Assembly (NCBI GenBank): GCA_021815445.1 | Contig: JAKAGM010000001.1 | Span: 235,527 to 299,526 of the forward strand | Length of the DNA: 64,000 nucleotides | Source of the DNA: a bacterium | GTDB taxonomy: Bacteria; Patescibacteriota; Patescibacteriia; UBA10025 | Reading direction: 5' to 3' | Shown: piece by piece, positions 48,393 through 57,367 of the stretch | Numbering within the stretch: the first letter of the stretch is position 1 | Layout: the number at the start of each line of letters is the position of its first letter | The notes under the pieces: generated by a model | Told to the model about the DNA's origin: nothing | The model's database searches: none | Seen by the model: the letters and a program-made list of their open reading frames with translations, nothing else | Program-made: the position numbers and the translations under genes

Positions 48393-49918
48393 GATACTTT
48401 TTTTGCAAGCGAGTGGTAGAGTGAGCGAATTTCCTGGATCGAAATGGCTTTGAGCCCCACTGATAAACCTCCGTAAATTGAAGCGCCTATAACGCCCAAA
48501 AGTCCGTAATAGAGGAGAATCTGAATGTAACTTCCAAAGTTCTTAATATACGGGGTGACGTTAAATGTAATGTGCGGAGCAATCATATAGAGAATACCCG
48601 ACATGATCAGCGAGCAAAAGATTGATTTTAACAAAAGATTTAAAAGATGCTTCATCCTATATGGAACAACCTTAGCCGCCTGGTACATGCCGAGGGAGAA
48701 AAGCAAAAGCATCGAAATGAGGGTGGAGACTGCAGCGCCGATAAATGTAAACCGAGGGATAAGGAGGATGTCGAGGATGATGTTCACAGTTACTGTGATG
48801 CCCATGTTTATCGTATTCTTAGTCTGCCTGTTGGTAGCATTGAGAAGGGCGCCGACAGGATAATTAAGAAATACCGCAAAAAGCCCCAGTATCATGATAC
48901 GAAGCGGGGTGACAGAAGGATTGAACACCGACGTATAAAGCTGTACAATGAGTCGATGTGACAGCGTGAAGACGGCCAGTGAGAGCGGGATGGCTATAAT
49001 AAGGAGATACTGCATTGATTTTTCAAAAGTTCGCGCGAGCTGTTCTTTCGATGTTACATATAATGCGCTCATAGCCGGGTATACGCTCGCGGCGAATGCG
49101 GAGGGAATAAACTCGAGCGCAAATGTCAATTTGTTGGCTGTAATATACCACCCTACATACTGCTTTCCCGCCAAGCTTAACAGCATATAACGATCGGTAT
49201 ACGTAAAAACTTTCGCTAAAATCGCAGCGAGTGCGAACGGCAGAGCCATTTTGAGAAAGGAGCCAATAATGCGCCTGTCCCACGAGGGCATGGGGTTAAT
49301 GCCCACCTTCCTTTTTAAGACAAAAAAAGCGAAGGTAAAATTAAATACGCTCCCTAAGAGCGTTGCGAGAAAAAGTCCCTTTAATCCGAACCCCATCAAC
49401 AGCGCCGCGCCGCCGGCAGAAATAGTCAGTACCTGGTTGATAATAATAGCTACCGACTCATACAGAAGGTTCTGAAGACCTCGAAAGACCGCAAAAAAGG
49501 TCAGGGTAAACGTGTCGAGGACAACAATCATTCCTACAATATACAAGAGCGTCCGAGTCACTGAATCAAAATTACCCAAAGTCGTGGCGAGCCCTGCTAT
49601 AAACATGACAACTAATCCGAAGAGAATCTTGATCCCCAGGATATTACTGACATATTCTTTTTTTCTTTCTGGGGCACGGGCGATTTCTCGCGTCACTACG
49701 GCGCTCAAGCTAAAATCTATAAGTATCAGCGTTATTGGTATGAGGGACTTGATGGGATCATAGAGTCCCAGGTCGACGGGACCTACGCGCCGCGCAATGA
49801 AAATGAAATACAGAAAAGAAATGACCTTCTGTACAACAAACGCTCCAGTGAGAAAAGATGTATTCTTAAGTATCTTCTCCTGGCTGTCACCATTATCATT
49901 TACCTTTATGCTCGGCAC
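48389..49918 (-). CDS. Polysaccharide flippase (Wzx / MOP superfamily)
   Basis: 509 aa, about 14 TM helices, and the typical Wzx N-terminus. Confidence 0.6.
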   Translation of the reverse strand: MPSIKVNDNGDSQEKILKNTSFLTGAFVVQKVISFLYFIFIARRVGPVDLGLYDPIKSLIPITLILIDFSLSAVVTREIARAPERKKEYVSNILGIKILFGLVVMFIAGLATTLGNFDSVTRTLLYIVGMIVVLDTFTLTFFAVFRGLQNLLYESVAIIINQVLTISAGGAALLMGFGLKGLFLATLLGSVFNFTFAFFVLKRKVGINPMPSWDRRIIGSFLKMALPFALAAILAKVFTYTDRYMLLSLAGKQYVGWYITANKLTFALEFIPSAFAASVYPAMSALYVTSKEQLARTFEKSMQYLLIIAIPLSLAVFTLSHRLIVQLYTSVFNPSVTPLRIMILGLFAVFLNYPVGALLNATNRQTKNTINMGITVTVNIILDILLIPRFTFIGAAVSTLISMLLLFSLGMYQAAKVVPYRMKHLLNLLLKSIFCSLIMSGILYMIAPHITFNVTPYIKNFGSYIQILLYYGLLGVIGASIYGGLSVGLKAISIQEIRSLYHSLAKKVS

Positions 49919-49936
49919 AGGACGATAGGCAACAAA

Positions 49937-50464
49937 TTACCTCTTTTGCCACTGAGGCGCGCGTCTTGCGCGTCGTAATCCGTATTTCTTCCTTTCCTTC
50001 ATTCGTGAGTCTCTAGTGAGAAACCCGACCTTCTTCAAAGCTGGACGGAAGCCGTTGTCAATTTGAATAAGGACTCTTGATACTCCCAATCTGATACTTT
50101 CAGCCTGACTTCGTTTCCCACCGCCAGTAACCCTGACGGCGATACTCCCCTTTAACGTAGCGCCAAGCTGTGTTACGGGACTTTGCACGATCATCTGGAG
50201 AACCCGGGAAGGAAAATACACTTGGAGAGGTTTATTATTAATCACAAGCTCCCCCCCTTGCGTAGGAATGTATCGAACCCGTGCGATTGAGGTTTTACGT
50301 CTGCCAACAGCGTACAGATACGCAGGCCGTTCCTTCACAGTCTCCTTTTTTGGCTCTTGCGGAACTTGGGGGATTTTTTCTGCTGTCTTGGGTTTGCGTT
50401 TCGCCGCAGCCTTCTTTTTTGACTTAATGACCGGCTTGGGTTTCTTCTTTTCTGGAGGTGTCAT
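49937..50464 (-). CDS. rpsI: 30S ribosomal protein S9 with an approximately 45-aa lysine-rich N-terminal extension
   Basis: ...GRRKTSIARVRYIPTQGG...GGGKRSQAESIRLGVSRVL...RDSRMKERKKYGLRRARRAPQWQKR. Confidence 0.9.
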   Translation of the reverse strand: MTPPEKKKPKPVIKSKKKAAAKRKPKTAEKIPQVPQEPKKETVKERPAYLYAVGRRKTSIARVRYIPTQGGELVINNKPLQVYFPSRVLQMIVQSPVTQLGATLKGSIAVRVTGGGKRSQAESIRLGVSRVLIQIDNGFRPALKKVGFLTRDSRMKERKKYGLRRARRAPQWQKR

Positions 50465-50823
50465 ACTATTATAAGATGCTTAAGCAGAACATTCCGAAGT
50501 TTATTTTGAGGAAGCATATGAAACACAGCTTTTCGAAAAGTTTGTTCTGGATTTTTTTCAAATTTTTCCCGAAACGTCATTTCTTTAAGACCGCCGGGCC
50601 TCATAGTTGACCATTTGTATACTTTCTGCTCAATGAGTGGCCGTGTAAGATGAATTTGGCGGATGTTCTGAACCTTTACAATAACTTCCGCGGGGGTATG
50701 GCGTTTGTATGGGGCGAGATGCTTACCTTGGAGATACCCGGCAACCACAGATGCCAATCTACCGAACGACCCGTCTTTTGCTTCAACGATAACCGTTTCG
50801 ATTTTTTTTGCTTTAGGCGCCAT
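50461..50823 (-). CDS. rplM: 50S ribosomal protein L13
   Basis: 120 aa. L13 signature ...GRLASVVAGYLQGKH... Confidence 0.85.
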   Translation of the reverse strand: MAPKAKKIETVIVEAKDGSFGRLASVVAGYLQGKHLAPYKRHTPAEVIVKVQNIRQIHLTRPLIEQKVYKWSTMRPGGLKEMTFREKFEKNPEQTFRKAVFHMLPQNKLRNVLLKHLIIV

Positions 50824-50825
50824 AT

Positions 50826-51176
50826 TTATATCAATTCTATGCGGACCATTGAGGCCCTATCGCCTTGCCTTGAGTTGATCTTATATCTTCGCGTATAGCC
50901 TCCATGCCTTTCCTTGTAACGGGGAGCTATTTTTTCAATTATACGGTTGGCGACATCTACTGACCCCGTCCTCTGGATAATCATTCTTCGGTGATGCAAG
51001 GATTGATCCTTGGCGAGAGTGATAAGACGCTCCGTAACGCTTCGGACTGCTCTTCCCCTAGCATCGGTCGTATCGATTTTACCGTGAATGATAAATGCGC
51101 GTACTAAAGATCGTATTAGCGCAATTCGCGGTGCACGTTTTCTGTCAAGTATTATCTGTTTCTTTCTATGTCGCAT
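50826..51176 (-). CDS. rplQ: 50S ribosomal protein L17
   Basis: MRHRKKQIILDRKRAPRIALIRSLVRAFIIHGKIDTT. Confidence 0.9.
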   Translation of the reverse strand: MRHRKKQIILDRKRAPRIALIRSLVRAFIIHGKIDTTDARGRAVRSVTERLITLAKDQSLHHRRMIIQRTGSVDVANRIIEKIAPRYKERHGGYTRRYKINSRQGDRASMVRIELI

Positions 51177-51190
51177 ACCGGCTTCAGGAC

Positions 51191-52003
51191 TTATTTTTCT
51201 TTTTTACTTTTAGTTGCCTTCTTTTTTTCCTTCTTCGGTTCTGAAGAATCCTGTGCTTTTACTTTAACTTTATCAGCGGGCTGGTCGGCCTCATCAATTT
51301 TTTTATTCGCCGGCTCATTCATGCTGGTTGAAATAAACTGAAAATGCTCCACTAGGATCTGTGCCGATTGCTGCAATGCTTCAAGGGGCGTAATGGATCC
51401 GTCTGTCGTAACCATCATCGTCAACTTATCATAGTTGGTCATTTGCCCGACACGGACGTTCTCAACTGAAAAGTTTGCGTTTCGGACTGGCGAGTAGATC
51501 GCATCAAGAGAGATTGTACCATGTTCATAGGAGCGCTTTTCAGCTGCCTCAATTGGCACATACCCTCTTCCCTCTTCAATAACTATCTCCATTTCGAGTT
51601 CAGCTGTTTTGTCCGTAAGAGTTGCTATCCGAAGCGCAGGGGTCGTTACCTCCACATCACTGGGACAGTTTATATCCTTGCCTGTAACAGTTTTTTCACC
51701 TTTTACTTTTAATGTTACTTTCGATTGGGCGACATTATGCAGTTTGAAACGTAGACTTTTGACGTTTAAAATGATCTCCACAATATCCTCCTTAACCCCT
51801 GGCAATGTGGAAAACTCATGAGTAACACCTTTAATTTTTACCGAGGTGGCAGCTGCTCCCGGCAGTGAAGACAGCAGTACACGGCGAAGGGCATTACCCA
51901 GAGTAGTTCCGTACCCGGGAGCGCAAGGTTCTATAATAATCAGGGCCTGATTCTTGTCCTTCGATTGTTTCTCTACTCTTGTTGGCAGTGGCAATGGTTG
52001 CAT
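51191..52003 (-). CDS. rpoA: DNA-directed RNA polymerase subunit alpha. Only the N-terminal domain is present and the alpha-CTD is replaced by a lysine-rich tail.
   Basis: Alpha-NTD motifs (IEPCAPGYGTTLGNALRRVLLSS). The protein is 270 aa and ends ...AQDSSEPKKEKKKATKSKKEK. Confidence 0.85.
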   Translation of the reverse strand: MQPLPLPTRVEKQSKDKNQALIIIEPCAPGYGTTLGNALRRVLLSSLPGAAATSVKIKGVTHEFSTLPGVKEDIVEIILNVKSLRFKLHNVAQSKVTLKVKGEKTVTGKDINCPSDVEVTTPALRIATLTDKTAELEMEIVIEEGRGYVPIEAAEKRSYEHGTISLDAIYSPVRNANFSVENVRVGQMTNYDKLTMMVTTDGSITPLEALQQSAQILVEHFQFISTSMNEPANKKIDEADQPADKVKVKAQDSSEPKKEKKKATKSKKEK

Positions 52004-52022
52004 ATGGGTGGGTTAATTTTTT

Positions 52023-52637
52023 TTACCGCGAATAATACTCAACAATAAGTGCGGGGTCAACTCCGACAGCAAGTTCGTTCTCTTCCGGCTGCCCAGTAAC
52101 CTCAATGCCGATCCTGTCAGCGTTGCGTAAAGTTATCCATGACGGGGGTTTATGTTTTGTAAGTCTTTTCTTGACATCCCGTATCATGAGCATATTCTCA
52201 CTTTTTTCGAGGAGCCGGATAGTATCACCTTTTTTACATTGATATGACGGTATATTAGTCTTTCTGCCATTAATGGTTACATGGCCGTGCGAAACGAGCT
52301 GGCGAGCCGACCTTCTAGTGGGACAAAGTCCGGATCTGTATAAAACATTATCAAGGCGCATTTCAAGCAGTCGAAATAAATTCTCCCCCGTATCGCCGGT
52401 CTGAGCGGTGGCATGTTTGTAGTAATTGACAAATTGCCTCTCCAAAACTCCATAAATAAACTTTGCTTTCTGCTTCTCTGAGAGCTGAAGACCGTATTCA
52501 GTGCTGCGCGAAGCCCCCTTGGGTCCATGCTGACCGGGTTTGTACGGCCGCCGCGTGATTGGGCATTTGAGCGAATCGCAAAGCTTGATCCCAAATCGTC
52601 GGCACAGCTTGTGTTTTGGTCCTAGATATCTAGCCAT
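52023..52637 (-). CDS. rpsD: 30S ribosomal protein S4
   Basis: MARYLGPKHKLCRRFG... and an S4 domain. Confidence 0.9.
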   Translation of the reverse strand: MARYLGPKHKLCRRFGIKLCDSLKCPITRRPYKPGQHGPKGASRSTEYGLQLSEKQKAKFIYGVLERQFVNYYKHATAQTGDTGENLFRLLEMRLDNVLYRSGLCPTRRSARQLVSHGHVTINGRKTNIPSYQCKKGDTIRLLEKSENMLMIRDVKKRLTKHKPPSWITLRNADRIGIEVTGQPEENELAVGVDPALIVEYYSR

Positions 52638-52640
52638 AAT

Positions 52641-53051
52641 TTAAACGCGTCGGACTTTAGGCGGACGGCACCCGTTATGGGGAATCGGGGTAATGTCCTT
52701 AATTGAGAGGATCGTGAGTCCCTGCGTGCCAAGCGCGCGTATTGCAGATTCTCTGCCGCTGCCGACTCCTTTGACAAATACATCTATCTGCTGGAGACCG
52801 GTGTCCTGGACCTTCGATAGAGCATCTTTTACTGTTAAACTCGCTGCATAGGGCGTTGACTTTTTCGGCCCTTTAAAGCCGATATGGCCTGCGGATGACC
52901 AACCGAGCACATTTCCTGACTGATCAGTAATGCTTATCATCGTATTGTTATACGTTGCTTGCACGTAAGCGCGACCCATAAGCACTGAGCGCTTTTTCCT
53001 TCTCCGCGACGGCTGAGGTGCAGCTGGTTGTTGTGGTGTGGGAGTGGCCAT
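52641..53051 (-). CDS. rpsK: 30S ribosomal protein S11
   Basis: ...GRAYVQATYNNTMISITDQSGNVLGWSSAG... Confidence 0.9.
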   Translation of the reverse strand: MATPTPQQPAAPQPSRRRKKRSVLMGRAYVQATYNNTMISITDQSGNVLGWSSAGHIGFKGPKKSTPYAASLTVKDALSKVQDTGLQQIDVFVKGVGSGRESAIRALGTQGLTILSIKDITPIPHNGCRPPKVRRV

Positions 53052-53054
53052 AGG

Positions 53055-53447
53055 TTATGTTTTTTCGGCAGAGGCTTTCCTGCCGCTTCCCATAGTTCGA
53101 CGCACATTGCCCCGAACCGTTCGTGAATTTGTTCGTGTCCGCTGACCGCGCACGGGCAGTCCCCTAATATGGCGCAGACCTCGGTAACTGCCTATCTCCT
53201 TTAGCCGCTTAATATTACTTATGACCTCTCTTTTTAAGTCACCCTCAACACTGTAATCCTTTTCAATTATATCCCGCAGGCGCGCCACTTCCGCTTCAGT
53301 GAGACTTTGGGACCTGGTATTGAGATCAATGTTCGCTGACTGCAGGATTCTGCGTGAAAGCGCCTGCCCAATTCCAAAAATGTAGGTTAATGCGACCTCG
53401 ATTCGCTTGTTCTGTGGGAGTGTAATGCCTGCGATTCTTGTTGCCAT
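53055..53447 (-). CDS. rpsM: 30S ribosomal protein S13
   Basis: [27 protein letters not shown]... Confidence 0.9.
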   Translation of the reverse strand: MATRIAGITLPQNKRIEVALTYIFGIGQALSRRILQSANIDLNTRSQSLTEAEVARLRDIIEKDYSVEGDLKREVISNIKRLKEIGSYRGLRHIRGLPVRGQRTRTNSRTVRGNVRRTMGSGRKASAEKT

Positions 53448-53455
53448 AAATATAT

Positions 53456-53570
53456 TTAACCTTGTCTCTGCTTGTGTTTAGGGTTTGAGCAGATAACGTA
53501 AATACGCTTCCCTCGACGGATTATTTTACAATTCTTGCATAATGCTTTGACTGACGCCCTGACTTTCATA
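53456..53570 (-). pseudogene. rpmJ: 50S ribosomal protein L36 gene with an apparent +1 frameshift (one extra T within AATT near 53520)
   Basis: Hand translation of the minus strand gives [17 protein letters not shown]. After one base is skipped the -1 frame gives [20 protein letters not shown] (a complete L36 with its C-x2-C...C-x4-H motif). The unshifted frame ends ...[15 protein letters not shown]. Confidence 0.5.
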
Positions 53571-53572
53571 CT

Positions 53573-53863
53573 TTAATGTCGGTAAATGATGCGACCCTTA
53601 GTGAGATCGTAGGGGGTCATTTGAAGCGTGATGACATCGCCGGGGAGTATCCGTATCCGATACATTCTCATCTTGCCGGAAAGATGCGCGAGTACTTCGT
53701 GGCCATTCTCGAGTTTCACCCGGAACATTGCTGCAGGAAGCAGCTCCTCGACTGTCCCGTTCATTTCTATAAACTCACTTTTCTTTTTTTTATCAGAAAT
53801 CTCTTCGTGCAGTCTCTCCTGGTTTGTTTTGAGCTTTTTTCGTGACCTCCGCGTGACAATCAT
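53573..53863 (-). CDS. infA: Translation initiation factor IF-1 with a lysine-rich N-terminal extension (start uncertain)
   Basis: ...[65 protein letters not shown]. Confidence 0.8.
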   Translation of the reverse strand: MIVTRRSRKKLKTNQERLHEEISDKKKKSEFIEMNGTVEELLPAAMFRVKLENGHEVLAHLSGKMRMYRIRILPGDVITLQMTPYDLTKGRIIYRH

Positions 53864-54069
53864 ATGTTAATAAAAAATTCTTGTGGCTATCCGCAAGAAC
53901 AAAATATACTCAAACCGTTGGGTCGGGCTTAAAGAAGGACCCCCCTAAGGTCACTTTCTTCGCTAATTCTAGCCATGTTCTTGCTTCACCGAACCTTATG
54001 TTTTGTGTACTGCACATTGTACCTGACGACGAGCTACGTTGTCAAGGACGGCTCCAGCAACAGAAATAT

Positions 54070-55899
54070 CTACGATGTGACAACGGCTTTGATTCTCCTG
54101 ACTCCGGCACTGGAGGACTTCTCTGAAATTATTTGAAACGCGCCGAGCTGGTTTGTATGTTGGACATGGGGTCCACCGCAAATTTCCCTGCTGAAATCCC
54201 CCACCGAGTAAACTGTGACTACAGGCGGGTACTTCTCACGAAAAAAAGACAATGCGCCGCTTTTTATTGCATCGTCGAGCGGCATTGATTGAGAAGTGAC
54301 GGGCAAATCTGACAAAATCACCTGATTCACCATTTCTTGCACCTTCGCGAGTTGCTCCTTGGTAAGCATGCTAGGATGCTCAAAGTCGAAGCGGAGTCTC
54401 TCTGAATTTATATCTGATCCTTGCTGGCGGACATGATCTCCAAGCACCGAGCGCAGGGCCTGATGGAGGAGATGAGTAGCGGTATGAAGCTTTGTCATAC
54501 TCCATCGGGCCTGCGGATCAAGATCCCGGGACGGAGCCCCTTGTAGCCCGTGGCCGCCAAATTTCTTTTCCGACATAGCACGCGACTTTTCCTGGTGGGC
54601 ACGAACCGCCTCATCAAACTCTGTTAATGAAAATTCATAGCCAGCGCGCTTTATGCGGTCAGGCGATATTCCGTACGTAGAGTAAAGAGTAAATGCATCT
54701 TGAGCTGATATGTCACGAACTGAAGGCCTGCCATGGCCAGGTTCAGAAGTTGTTTTTTTATGTTTTAAAAACTTCGATATGACTTCATCGACCTCAAGCG
54801 CAAGAATTTTTTTGTATGACTCATCCTCGCGTCGCACGGATGCACCGTAGACTTCAAGAGAGTTCGGCAGCTCAGGATAGAACGATTGATACATCAAAGC
54901 GACAGAGGTCAGCAATGCGTCAAATGAAAAATGAGGGAAAAGATATTGGTCTGATGCTCGCCGAAATATCCTCCGCAGGATATACCCCTGCTCTTTATTC
55001 GAGAAAGCGACTCCATCGGATAGTAAAAAAAGAACACCTTTTATATGGTCTGCCACTATCCTTTTCCTTTTCTCATCCTCATTCGGATTCAAAGATCCAA
55101 AATTCTTATCCGCACTGATATTGCGAAGCAGCTCCCGAAACAGATCAGTCTCAAAGACATTTGACACATTCTGTGAGACCATAGCCAGGCGCTCGATTCC
55201 CATTCCCGTATCGATATTTTTTGCCGGGAGACTCGTAAGAGTGCCCTTTTCCGATTGGTGAAACTCGGTAAATACGAGATTCCAGATTTCAACAAACCTC
55301 CCGCACGAACAGTTCGGCAAGCACAAGGATCCTTTCTCGCAGGGAATCTCCGTAAGGTCATAATGGATCTCCGCACACGGACCGCATGGGCCTGACGCAC
55401 CAGTTGGACCCCACCAATTATCCTCGCGACCAAATGACGCTATAGAGCTTTTTGGAAGATATGTACTGAGGAGTTGGAAGGCCTCAGTGTCAGGAGATGT
55501 ATCTTTATCACCTTTATAGTAGGTAGCAAATAACCTTTTTTTGTTCAGGTGAATCTCTTTGGTGAGAAACTCAAACGCAAATCCAATGGACTCTTTCTTG
55601 AAGTAGTCACCGACAGAAAAATTTCCGAGCATTTCAAAAAAAGTCAGATGAGTGGAGTCGCCGACTGATTCAATATCGGATGTCCTAAAAACACGCTGGA
55701 TGGAGACAAGGCGTTTTGCCCCGAAATCTTTGGCAGGGTCTTTGCTCCCGGAAAAATAGGGCTTCAATTGCTGCATCCCTGCAGATGTAAGGAGCACGCT
55801 CCTGTCATCTGCCGGCACCAGACTAGATGGCGGTATGACCCTGTGCTGTTGCTTCATGAAAAACGCGAGGAATTTTTTTCGTAGTTCTCCGGAAGTCAT
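54070..55899 (-). CDS. alaS: Alanine--tRNA ligase (short form lacking the C-terminal C-Ala domain)
   Basis: Catalytic core plus an editing domain (HTATHLL...H). About 609 aa measured from MTSGELRKKF. Confidence 0.85.
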   Translation of the reverse strand: MTSGELRKKFLAFFMKQQHRVIPPSSLVPADDRSVLLTSAGMQQLKPYFSGSKDPAKDFGAKRLVSIQRVFRTSDIESVGDSTHLTFFEMLGNFSVGDYFKKESIGFAFEFLTKEIHLNKKRLFATYYKGDKDTSPDTEAFQLLSTYLPKSSIASFGREDNWWGPTGASGPCGPCAEIHYDLTEIPCEKGSLCLPNCSCGRFVEIWNLVFTEFHQSEKGTLTSLPAKNIDTGMGIERLAMVSQNVSNVFETDLFRELLRNISADKNFGSLNPNEDEKRKRIVADHIKGVLFLLSDGVAFSNKEQGYILRRIFRRASDQYLFPHFSFDALLTSVALMYQSFYPELPNSLEVYGASVRREDESYKKILALEVDEVISKFLKHKKTTSEPGHGRPSVRDISAQDAFTLYSTYGISPDRIKRAGYEFSLTEFDEAVRAHQEKSRAMSEKKFGGHGLQGAPSRDLDPQARWSMTKLHTATHLLHQALRSVLGDHVRQQGSDINSERLRFDFEHPSMLTKEQLAKVQEMVNQVILSDLPVTSQSMPLDDAIKSGALSFFREKYPPVVTVYSVGDFSREICGGPHVQHTNQLGAFQIISEKSSSAGVRRIKAVVTS

Positions 55900-55940
55900 A
55901 GGTGTAGTGTAGCAGAAAAGCTCTGATAGCACTATTACCG

Positions 55941-57005
55941 TCAGTATATTGTTCCCCCGCCGAGAACAACGTTACCATGATAGAACACAATGGATTGGCC
56001 GGGCGTAACCGCGCGCTGTTTAAGCCTAAAGGAAGCATGCCAACCATCGGCATCCTTGACGATAGTGCATGATTGATCGGGCTGTCGATACCGTATTTTA
56101 GCGTGACAAGATAAGTGAGCAGTGGGCTCACCTGCAATCCAATGGGGGTTACGAAAATATACCTTCTGCTTATACAAGAGGTCGTCATCCTCCCTGGTTA
56201 TAACAATCGTGTTTGTTTTTCCGTCTTTTTGTGCGACATAGTAAGGCGTTCCTCCGCCGATGCCGATCCCCTTCCTCTGCCCTATGGTAAAAAAAGCCTG
56301 ACCCTGGTGGTACCCGGCGAATACGCCGTCCGAGGTTATCAGCTTTCCCTGCTTGCCTTTGATGCGCTGCTTGAGAAATTCGTCAATGTCAACCTTACCG
56401 ATGAAACAAATCCCCTGACTGTCTTTTCGGTCAGCATTCGGTAAATTGAAAGAACGGGCAAGTGACCGTACCTGAGATTTCGTGTATTTGCCGAGTGGGA
56501 AAACTGTATGGGAAAGCTGTCCCTGGTTTAATACATACAAAAAATATGACTGGTCCTTATCCTTGTCTGCCCCTTTCACAAGATGATACTTACCGTCGCG
56601 ATAGACATTTTGCGCGTAATGCCCCGTCGCTATGCTCTGTGCGCCCTTTTGCATCGCAAGTTTTAAAAACGCTTTAAATTTAATTTCCTTGTTGCACACA
56701 ATATCCGGGTTCGGTGTATTTCCTTTTTCATATTCGCGAAAAAAGTATTCAAGCACCTTATCACCGTACTCCTTACTCAGGTTCAATGTTTCCCAGGGGA
56801 TGCTCAAATGCATGCAAACTTTTTCTACCATCTCCTGATCATCTTTCCATGGACAGGCACCATCAAGATCATCGGTATTTTCCCAAGCTTTTATAAAGAC
56901 GCCTTGAACCTCATACCCTTGTTTCTGTAAAAGCGCCGCACAAACTGAGGAGTCTACTCCGCCTGACATACCGACTATTATCTTTCCTTTTGTATGTAGT
57001 CCCAT
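55941..57005 (-). CDS. mnmA: tRNA-specific 2-thiouridylase
   Basis: IIVGMSGGVDSSV PP-loop and conserved catalytic cysteines. Confidence 0.85.
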   Translation of the reverse strand: MGLHTKGKIIVGMSGGVDSSVCAALLQKQGYEVQGVFIKAWENTDDLDGACPWKDDQEMVEKVCMHLSIPWETLNLSKEYGDKVLEYFFREYEKGNTPNPDIVCNKEIKFKAFLKLAMQKGAQSIATGHYAQNVYRDGKYHLVKGADKDKDQSYFLYVLNQGQLSHTVFPLGKYTKSQVRSLARSFNLPNADRKDSQGICFIGKVDIDEFLKQRIKGKQGKLITSDGVFAGYHQGQAFFTIGQRKGIGIGGGTPYYVAQKDGKTNTIVITREDDDLLYKQKVYFRNPHWIAGEPTAHLSCHAKIRYRQPDQSCTIVKDADGWHASFRLKQRAVTPGQSIVFYHGNVVLGGGTIY

Positions 57006-57066
57006 AACGATAGCATTGATTTTCTATAAAAAACGACAGCTAATGGGGCTGTCGTGCACGAAGGAG

Positions 57067-57279
57067 TTAATCCGCGACAATGTGGTAGTGCTCCAGCGTG
57101 AAAGGCGGATCGAGAACAGGACGTTTTGAACCGACATCGATGACCGTCCCATCATCCATAACTACAATGAAGTAGGGATCGCATCCTGCTCCACCCTCAA
57201 CCGGGTGAATCCCAACCCCGAGTTTTCGGAATAGATCCGCGTCATTGCCCGCAACAATAGTTCCCGTAATATTCCGCAT
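57067..57279 (-). CDS. Small hypothetical protein (70 aa)
   Basis: ORF only. No recognisable motif. Confidence 0.3.
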   Translation of the reverse strand: MRNITGTIVAGNDADLFRKLGVGIHPVEGGAGCDPYFIVVMDDGTVIDVGSKRPVLDPPFTLEHYHIVAD

Positions 57280-57367
57280 GGCACTCCTCTCGAGAAAATG
57301 AAAGAGCTGATTGTGTGTTAAGAGAGTTTATACCAACTCTGAAAGATGCGCAAGTTGAGACAACGGG

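Noticed and set aside
53905-53910. TATACT hexamer on the plus strand near the infA/alaS intergenic region
   Set aside because: No plus-strand gene lies downstream, since the next genes are on the minus strand. It is probably a chance occurrence within the AT-rich spacer.
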